Positions 55,408-61,577 of a stretch of DNA of 61,577 nt are shown here, in pieces. The DNA comes from a virus (Duplodnaviria; Caudoviricetes). Under the pieces are notes generated by a model. The model was not told the DNA's origin. It searched no databases and saw nothing but the letters and a program-made list of their open reading frames with translations. How positions within the stretch are numbered: position 1 is the first letter of the stretch; every line of letters starts with the position of its first letter. The stretch is from the IMG/VR virus record IMGVR_UViG_3300033153_010015, positions 1-61,577 of that record. One strand, 5' to 3'. Position numbers and translations under genes: made by a program.

Positions 55408-57737
55408 GATGCTTCCTTTTCTGTCCAGGGTATTAAGTTGCCGGCGGCGTCGAATACAGGGTCGGCGTATTTGTCCCAAACGTGCATGAGTACGACTTCC
55501 GCCGATGCTCTGACGTCCGGGGTGACGGTCTGCATATTGTCGACCATGATTCTAGTGATCTCCTTGACGCAGTCCTGGAGCTTCTCGTCGTTGAGGATGT
55601 CGCCGAGGAATTCGTCATGGATAAAGATGTGGGGAATGAACCGACCGAGGAGGACGTTCCCTCTGGTCTCGTCGTAGCAGGCTCTGACCAGCTCGAAGGC
55701 TCCGAGTAGGGCTCCCTCGGCCGAAGGGCTCTGGAGGGCCATACCGTTGGCGCATGCGGTATACGTGCATCCGGATCGGACGAGGCCAAGGGGCGTGACG
55801 TACTTGTAGCAGTCAGATTCGCTGTAGCTGCCGTCGGCGTTCTTGAAGCGCTTGGGACTGTTACGGTAATCGACTTGGTCGCTGATGCCCTTGAGGTGCA
55901 ACTTCATCTCGGGAAGGGTCTTCTTCCAGAACTCTCTGAGCTTCTTGGAGGTCTCAAGGTCGAGGTCCTTGACGCCGAACGTGCCTTTGGCGTAGGTCAT
56001 GAATGTTTTGGGTCCGAGGCCTCCTGGATATCCGAGGCCCGTAGGCTTGGCCATCTTGCGCCAGTACTTGAAGAACTTCAGCTGGTCGGCGTCTCCTGCC
56101 TTCGTTATCAGGAATAGGTCGTAGAGGTCGTCGGCAGACGTCCTGCCTTGACTGTCGGCCCATGCTTTGAACTCGGGGAACATCTCGTAAGCCAGTGTGG
56201 CAGCCAGGAAGGCGTGAGGATCCCAGCCTTTGTTGATAATCTCAGCCAGCTTGCTGAAGCCGAACCGATCGATGCAGTTCTGGGCAGCTGTGCCAAGCTC
56301 CATGGATCCGTAGTCGGCTGAGAGGAGTAGGTGGCCTTCCCGAGGCACGACGGCCTTACGGACGCGGGGATCAACCTGCTGACCGTTCCAGCTGGGGTAA
56401 TGGTCGCACTTGGAGCTCGACGTGCGGCCGGTCTCTTTGATGGTGTTGAAAGGGGAGTGGATGCAGCCGACAGGGTTGCCGTCTTTGCCCTCGAGTCGGA
56501 CGAGGTAGTCTGTGACGATCTTCTGCCACTTCTGACGGTACTGGTACTCGGCCAAGACGGAGGTGTAGACGGCCTTGCCGTCATCGTCGACCGTGTCGGT
56601 GCTGATCTGGTCATCGAGGTGAGTGAACTCCTCGAGCCAATCTTTATCGGTCTTGATGTTGCCTTCTGGGTTCTTCTCGGTGGCAGGGTTGCGCCAGATC
56701 TTGACGTCTTCCTTGGCTGCGGCAAGGTCTTCGACGTACTTGATGAGGGTGGTCTTGGAGATCTTCTCCTTGACGCCCTTCTTCATCTTGACGGGGCAGT
56801 CGCAGTCTTTGACGGCCTTGTTCTTGTACTCTGGATGCTCCTTATGGCCGTGGCAGGATGGTTGGTGGTCCTTGGTGCCTGTCTTGAAGGGCTGGGGAGG
56901 GACGGCCGGGATGAGGATGCCTGCCTTGATCAGGTTGGGCATGTGCTTGTGGTCGAGGAGTTCGTCCATATCCTTACGAACTGCACGGACGGCGTCCTTG
57001 TCGACCATCGAGCCGGCCATGGTCATTAGGCTGAGGGCGAAGGCTGTCCGGACTCGGAAGTCTTCGGTGACGAACGGATCGACGCCTTCATTCTTGAGGC
57101 GGGCTGCTTTCTTCTCCTGCTCCAGGTAGATGGGAAGGACGTAGACCGAGTCGTAGACGGCGTACTCTGAAGCTTCTGGGGGATACTCGGCGGCGGGCAT
57201 GCCGGAGAGGAGGTGATAGTTCATCCGCCAAGCGTCTTCGCCGTGCTTGTTGGCCGATATGTCGATGCCGAGGTATTCCTCCACCAGGAAGTCGAGGGCG
57301 TACCGAATGCGCCGCACGCGGCCACCACGCAGGGTCTGCATCTCAAGGCTGCCGTGGTCGGTCAGGTTGAGGAGCATCTCACGGAGCATGGTGTCCTTGA
57401 CGAGGCCTTTCTCCAGGCAATCGAAGATAGCCGGCACGAGGTCCGGGAAGGTCGTAGCGATGGCGCGAAGGTCGAACCCTCCGCCGTTGTGCATGACGAC
57501 CAGGTACTTGCCGGAGAGCAGCTCCTTGCACGTCTCATAGAGCTTGTTCTCGGCATCCCCGTCAGAGATGAGGTCAGTGTCGAACGCGTCGTCCTCGGAC
57601 CAGTTCTCATGGTTCAACGTGGCCATGGAAAGGCAGATGACGTCAGGGCTGACCTGATTCTCGGCCATGAGGAAGGTTTCGACGTCGGCCCCTACGAGGG
57701 GGAGCATTTGGCCGGTTATCGTGGGCTTTTGGATCAT
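55404..57737 (-). CDS. polA: Family A DNA polymerase with a 3'-5' exonuclease domain
   Basis: ADVET, HN..FD, YA.YD; TGRTSS, motif A SADYGSMEL, motif B RKMAKPTGLGYPGG, motif C IHDE. Confidence 0.93.
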   Translation of the reverse strand: MIQKPTITGQMLPLVGADVETFLMAENQVSPDVICLSMATLNHENWSEDDAFDTDLISDGDAENKLYETCKELLSGKYLVVMHNGGGFDLRAIATTFPDLVPAIFDCLEKGLVKDTMLREMLLNLTDHGSLEMQTLRGGRVRRIRYALDFLVEEYLGIDISANKHGEDAWRMNYHLLSGMPAAEYPPEASEYAVYDSVYVLPIYLEQEKKAARLKNEGVDPFVTEDFRVRTAFALSLMTMAGSMVDKDAVRAVRKDMDELLDHKHMPNLIKAGILIPAVPPQPFKTGTKDHQPSCHGHKEHPEYKNKAVKDCDCPVKMKKGVKEKISKTTLIKYVEDLAAAKEDVKIWRNPATEKNPEGNIKTDKDWLEEFTHLDDQISTDTVDDDGKAVYTSVLAEYQYRQKWQKIVTDYLVRLEGKDGNPVGCIHSPFNTIKETGRTSSSKCDHYPSWNGQQVDPRVRKAVVPREGHLLLSADYGSMELGTAAQNCIDRFGFSKLAEIINKGWDPHAFLAATLAYEMFPEFKAWADSQGRTSADDLYDLFLITKAGDADQLKFFKYWRKMAKPTGLGYPGGLGPKTFMTYAKGTFGVKDLDLETSKKLREFWKKTLPEMKLHLKGISDQVDYRNSPKRFKNADGSYSESDCYKYVTPLGLVRSGCTYTACANGMALQSPSAEGALLGAFELVRACYDETRGNVLLGRFIPHIFIHDEFLGDILNDEKLQDCVKEITRIMVDNMQTVTPDVRASAEVVLMHVWDKYADPVFDAAGNLIPWTEKEAS

Positions 57738-58048
57738 GTTAGGGGACTCCATTCCAGTTGGGCACGCTTTTCATCGGAAGTCATTGTGGGAAGGAACCCT
57801 GTAAGGCATTTCAGGCACTTCAACATTCCAAGACGCTCCTCAACCAATTGAAGCCCACACTCGGGGCAGTGGTAGGGGTGGACCATCACTCCTCGCTCTT
57901 TTAGTGTATTCTCTATTGACCGGATCTGCTCTTTGGAGTAGTCGACATCTCCGACCAACTGGAGTGTTATATTCCGCTCCTGCAGCATCATGAGCAGCTG
58001 GGCATCCGATGCCTTACTGTATGTGTGCTTGTAGTGGTCTATTTGCAT
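57734..58048 (-). CDS. Zn-ribbon protein
   Basis: CPECG...CLKC. Confidence 0.65.
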   Translation of the reverse strand: MQIDHYKHTYSKASDAQLLMMLQERNITLQLVGDVDYSKEQIRSIENTLKERGVMVHPYHCPECGLQLVEERLGMLKCLKCLTGFLPTMTSDEKRAQLEWSPLT

Positions 58049-58076
58049 GCTGCTGCCTTATAGGTTGAAATTAAAG

Positions 58077-58177
58077 CCGGTCGACAGGGTTCTTCACCTG
58101 CGTTGGCCTGTCGTGGTATCCCATTCGATATACGCCACCGACTGAATCCTCCCGGCCAAGGAGGGTATCACGACCGG
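58077..58177 (-). ncRNA. tRNA-like pseudoknotted RNA (no encoded CCA)
   Basis: 7-bp CCGGTCG/CGACCGG stem abutting a GCAGG/CCTGT T-like arm; two internal hairpins; TTGGCC/GGCCAA pseudoknot. Confidence 0.65.
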
Positions 58178-58220
58178 ACTGCCTCGGCCGGCGGTACGTA
58201 ACCGCCTGCGTTCGGACTTC

Positions 58221-58383
58221 TGGTCACCCGAGCAGGTCTCGAACCTGCAAAACCCTTCAGCACCCTTTTAGCAAACCTGATCAGTCATTTCAACGAGTCC
58301 TGTATAGCGCGCCACGCGCAGACTCTTCCTTTCACAGGCGGTCACGAGAATTCGGCTTTATCCGTATGTTAAGCTATCGGGCG
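58221..58383 (-). ncRNA. tRNA-mimic RNA (163 nt) with acceptor, D and T arms and CCA, and a ~105-nt domain replacing the anticodon/variable arm
   Basis: CGCCCGA/TCGGGTG-A-CCA; TA; GCTT-AACATACGGATA-AAGC; GCAGG-TTCGAGA-CCTGC. Confidence 0.8.
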
Positions 58384-58385
58384 GG

Positions 58386-58422
58386 AAAAGCGGAGGCGCC
58401 CCGATTGGGAAGGACGCCTCCG
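58386..58422 (-). terminator. GC hairpin with a short U-tract directly upstream of the tRNA mimic (attenuator or processing site)
   Basis: CGGAGGCGTCC/GGGCGCCTCCG followed by CTTTT. Confidence 0.55.
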
Positions 58423-58474
58423 GGTCTGCTGCCTATCGGAACCGCTCTGGAGGGAGGAGCGGAGGAGGCACCGA

Positions 58475-59197
58475 TTAGGCCTGCGGAGTAAGGACGCAAG
58501 TCCCGTCGTGTTGGGTGTAGAACTGGCTGATTGCTTCAGGGGTGAGGGTTCGAAGCAGCTCGTCGCCCGTCTTGGCACCGTGATAGTTGGTGATCACGTA
58601 CGTCTTGGACGGATCGTTCCTGTTCTGGCGGCTGACGTTGTTCACCTCGATGGTGATGTACTGGCCGTCCATCGGCTTGATGCCGTTGTACGTGCCGTTG
58701 GGATTGTACCCGCACGCTGCAAAGCCGTCGGCTTCACCAACCTCCTCGTCGGAGACGTTGTACGCAGTCGTCAGGATCTTCTTGATGTCGCGCTTGAAGT
58801 AGTCGGAGTTCTGCTTGGAAACAGAGCTGACCAATTCGCCAAGCTTATGGCTCGGCTCGCTGCCTTCGACAGAGAAGATATGAACGACGGTGAACTGCGG
58901 AATGAAACAGGTGACGCCGCCGCGGTCGGGCTTCATCTCCACCGTGTCCAGACGATACAGGTAACGCCCTGCTTTGGCGTACTCCGTACTGTGCCCGGAA
59001 CTGGTGCTGCCGAGACCTGACAACAGGTTGGGGTTGAGGTTCATCCCTCCGGCCGCAGGCATTGGCGGCATGGTTTGCTGTTGAGGCGTGGGTGCCGGGG
59101 CTGCTGCCTGGACCGGGGGTTGAACCGCTGGCGCGGGGGCTGCTGCTGCTGCTGCTGCTGGGGCGGGTGCTGGGGTGTCGTTTCCGAAAAGTCCCAT
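58475..59197 (-). CDS. Putative single-stranded DNA-binding protein with a Pro/Ala-rich N-terminus
   Basis: Replication-module position, own promoter, OB-like beta-rich core. Confidence 0.55.
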   Translation of the reverse strand: MGLFGNDTPAPAPAAAAAAAPAPAVQPPVQAAAPAPTPQQQTMPPMPAAGGMNLNPNLLSGLGSTSSGHSTEYAKAGRYLYRLDTVEMKPDRGGVTCFIPQFTVVHIFSVEGSEPSHKLGELVSSVSKQNSDYFKRDIKKILTTAYNVSDEEVGEADGFAACGYNPNGTYNGIKPMDGQYITIEVNNVSRQNRNDPSKTYVITNYHGAKTGDELLRTLTPEAISQFYTQHDGTCVLTPQA

Positions 59198-59267
59198 GAC
59201 TTTCTCCTTGGATTACTCGTTCTCGTTTTGTACTTACTCACTCACGCTTTCGTGAACTTTAGAATAT

Positions 59268-59295
59268 AAGTTACAGTATATTTTAGACTATTCAA
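59268..59295 (-). promoter_or_regulatory. Putative promoter for the SSB/ncRNA/polymerase operon
   Basis: TTGAAT-N16-TAACTT in an AT-rich gap. Confidence 0.5.
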
Positions 59296-59581
59296 GCCCC
59301 TGTTCCGAACTTTTCTCGGAATCCTGCAGAGGCAACTCCAACTGCGTCATCCTGTCCTCAGGATCTAAGATCAAGAAGTCTTTTCTCTCGCAACCAAAAG
59401 AGGCACGAGACCAACGCTCCCAGAAGACCCAGAAGCCTTCGCGGCATCCGCCTACACGATCTATGTGTCCTAAATCCCCCTTACGGGCGAAGGTGCAGCC
59501 TGGGGATTCTTCGTCTGCGTCGCAGTCCAACGTGTGAAGGAACTGTATGACGTCGCCTGGTTGTGGATCAAATTTACTCAT
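59288..59581 (-). CDS. Hypothetical protein with a C-terminal clamp-binding-like motif
   Basis: SH3-like core followed by QLELPL. Confidence 0.6.
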   Translation of the reverse strand: MSKFDPQPGDVIQFLHTLDCDADEESPGCTFARKGDLGHIDRVGGCREGFWVFWERWSRASFGCERKDFLILDPEDRMTQLELPLQDSEKSSEQGLE

Positions 59582-59587
59582 AGCTGG

Positions 59588-61577
59588 TTATCCTATTCCG
59601 AACTTTTCTCGGAAAAGCTTACGCATCGTAGGATCGAGCGTTTCTACGTTCTCAATCTTCTCTCTGAGAACTTCCGACGGGAAGATCTTAGGGATAGGAT
59701 CGTAGTTGCCGATGATGAGCCGGTTGGGGGCCGTGGTGGTCTGGTGAATGTATAGGGCATCATTCAGGGTGGATGCAAAGATCATGTCGTCCCACGGGGA
59801 GCTGTTGGCGGTATTGGCGATGACGACGTCAGCTTTTTGACCTTTACGGTGCAGACGACCCAATACTTGCTCGGCCATGTTGGCAGATCTGGGCCACTGG
59901 AGGAACCACTGATGCTGGAAGTGTTGCAGGTTCTTTCCTTGGCCGTGCGCACGCATGCTGGCCACGATGATCCGCTTCTTATTGGCATGGTCGATTATCC
60001 TCGAGTTGTGGACTCCGCCGGCAGGGCAGTACATAACAGGCAGCCCTGCCTTCTTCAGGACCTCGTTCATCCACAGGCCCATTTCGATATGAAAGACCCA
60101 GATGATTCCGCCCTCGCCTTTGGCAGCAATCGTCTTGGCCCACTTCAGAGCCTGGTCGACCTTGAACGAGCACAACCTTACCGCGCGCTTGTGACGTCCA
60201 AACATGTCGGTCTTCGGCGGGTTGACCATCAGCATCAGCTCGGGGAAGACGGAGTCGTTCTTGGCGGCCCACTTCTCGTAAAGGTGGTAGCCGACGTCCC
60301 GGTCTCCGTGGTGATACATATTGCCTCCAACCAGTGCTGGAGTGTCGAGACCTGGCTGGTGCTTGTCGGCGAACCATCCACGCAGAGTCCTGTGGTACTC
60401 CTGCGTCTTATCGAGGTGGTTCATGGCCTGCTGGAGGTAGGACTCCGCGGCCGACTCCGGGCACTGTAAGTCCTTGGCTACGGTCTCGACGGGGGGCCAG
60501 ACTACTTCGGTGTAGAATCCGGCGCCGTAGATCTGGTACTGCCACTTCCATTTCATCATCGGATGCTCGAGCTCGTCACCGTTGGGTGTGACCATCATGT
60601 CTTCCACCTGGCTGCCCAGCTCCTGCACCCGGTCGTAGCCTGCATAGGCGGCCATCTCTCCAGCGCTCATACGATTGTTCTTTAAGAGCAGGCTCGAGTC
60701 GACGTTGAGCTGGCCGTCGGAGCATACGACTCCGGGGGTAGTGGAGAGCCGGTAGGCAAACGCTCGGCGGAAGCCCGCCACTCCAGGCGGCATTCGTTCG
60801 CGGAGGTTCTTCTGAGCCCAGCTGATCAGCGGAGTAAGTGCGCCGGGGTTCCACTGGGAGGTATCGACGTCGTCCTTGGTAACGTCGGCATCGAGGAGGG
60901 CCGACCACTCTTGAACCATGGATAGTGGGCGGGGAAGGAAAGAGTCTTTCTTGAGAGAGTGCTTCACCAGGAAGAAATAGTCCAGGATGCTCTTGCGAGT
61001 CATCGTACCGCTCATGGGTACGAACTCCGGCTGGTACTCCTCGATGTATCCCTGCAGGCGTTTGGCACGGGCAGAATCCCGGCCGGAAATGGCGTGGGCC
61101 TCGTCGAAGACGATGATCTCAGGCTTGATCAGGTTGAGGAGCTCGACGGCATCCTTGGTGCTGAGGTAGGAATCAGATAGGATGTAGAGCCCGGGGCGAC
61201 CGCGCTTGGCCACTGCCATACGCTCTTTCTTGGGTCTGCCGGCGAGCAGGTGCATCGGGTAGGATATGGGGACGCGCTTGCGCCAGTAAGGCACGTCGTT
61301 CTGCCAGAGCTGGGCGATCATGGAAGAGGGGACAATGAGCATCATCTTCCGGAGGCCCTTGCGGTAGGCCTTCTCCGGGATCATGAGGCTGATGCCTGTC
61401 TTGCCTCCGCCGACGCCAATCGGGAGGAACGGCCCGGAGAACATCTCGTAGGCCATCACGGCCTCGGCCTGCTTGGGCATGAGCCGGAACCCTTCAGCAT
61501 ACGCCTCTGCCAGTATATTCATCTGGCTGTATGCCTCGACCTCCTCCGGGGCGAGGGGGAGGCAGATAGGCAGCTCC
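59588..61577 (-). CDS. SF2 (SNF2/DEAH-like) helicase; true start at 227 across the join (~700 aa)
   Basis: GVGGGKT, IVPSS, FDEAH, MSGT, G.G.NLQ and EQVLGRLHRKGQ. Confidence 0.92.
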   Translation of the reverse strand, partial: ELPICLPLAPEEVEAYSQMNILAEAYAEGFRLMPKQAEAVMAYEMFSGPFLPIGVGGGKTGISLMIPEKAYRKGLRKMMLIVPSSMIAQLWQNDVPYWRKRVPISYPMHLLAGRPKKERMAVAKRGRPGLYILSDSYLSTKDAVELLNLIKPEIIVFDEAHAISGRDSARAKRLQGYIEEYQPEFVPMSGTMTRKSILDYFFLVKHSLKKDSFLPRPLSMVQEWSALLDADVTKDDVDTSQWNPGALTPLISWAQKNLRERMPPGVAGFRRAFAYRLSTTPGVVCSDGQLNVDSSLLLKNNRMSAGEMAAYAGYDRVQELGSQVEDMMVTPNGDELEHPMMKWKWQYQIYGAGFYTEVVWPPVETVAKDLQCPESAAESYLQQAMNHLDKTQEYHRTLRGWFADKHQPGLDTPALVGGNMYHHGDRDVGYHLYEKWAAKNDSVFPELMLMVNPPKTDMFGRHKRAVRLCSFKVDQALKWAKTIAAKGEGGIIWVFHIEMGLWMNEVLKKAGLPVMYCPAGGVHNSRIIDHANKKRIIVASMRAHGQGKNLQHFQHQWFLQWPRSANMAEQVLGRLHRKGQKADVVIANTANSSPWDDMIFASTLNDALYIHQTTTAPNRLIIGNYDPIPKIFPSEVLREKIENVETLDPTMRKLFREKFGIG
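61464..61577. repeat. Terminal direct repeat, right copy
   Basis: Identical to 1-114. Confidence 0.95.

Noticed and set aside
58178-58220. Theta (HDV-like) ribozyme after the tRNA-like CCA end
   Set aside because: No downstream complement to the first nucleotides after CCA (P1) and no HDV nested pseudoknot were found by eye.
58270-58295. Hammerhead ribozyme core (GAAA, CTGATCA) inside the tRNA-mimic insert
   Set aside because: CUGAUCA deviates from CUGANGA and the required three stems are not in the right order.
58221-58383. Ordinary tRNA or canonical tmRNA
   Set aside because: It has no 5-bp/7-nt anticodon arm, lacks G3.U70 and the GGGG 5' end, has a real D-stem, and is under half tmRNA length.
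59139-59159. (GCT)7 microsatellite as a contingency locus
   Set aside because: It is an in-frame triplet repeat encoding the poly-Ala linker of the SSB-like protein, so it cannot switch the frame.
1-61577. Stop-codon reassignment, inteins or a lysogeny module
   Set aside because: Genes tile well in code 11 using all three stops; Pol, TerL and the helicase show no intein motifs; no integrase or repressor is recognisable.

Overview
This window is an apparently complete, circularly assembled ~61.46 kb genome of a tailed dsDNA bacteriophage; positions 1-114 repeat exactly at 61464-61577. It is probably a lytic siphovirus, as no integrase or repressor is recognisable. Layout: (i) a minus-strand replication arm that crosses the window join, encoding an SF2 helicase, SSB-like protein, family A DNA polymerase, DEDDh exonuclease, RuvC-like resolvase, PD-(D/E)XK exonuclease and primase-helicase; (ii) a minus-strand early region (~8-16.6 kb) of small genes with a repeated leader motif, a PAPS-reductase-family gene and an adenine methyltransferase frameshifted at a G8 tract; (iii) an AT-rich divergent non-coding control or origin region (16.6-17.6 kb); (iv) a plus-strand arm with an i-type-like lysozyme, Nmad5-like and MazG-like genes, thyA, a TerS candidate and GTA-like tail-tip genes; (v) a minus-strand head/tail operon ending in TerL, with the portal transcribed divergently. 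The most striking unannotated signals are non-coding. There is a CCA-ending tRNA mimic whose anticodon arm is replaced by a ~105-nt domain (58221-58383), a second pseudoknotted tRNA-like RNA next to it (58077-58177), and a ~150-nt RNA with two potential pseudoknots (1252-1403). Both RNA loci lie directly downstream of a Pro/Ala-rich 'MG[IL]F' reading frame with its own putative promoter. All product calls come from motif recognition by eye; no database search was run.
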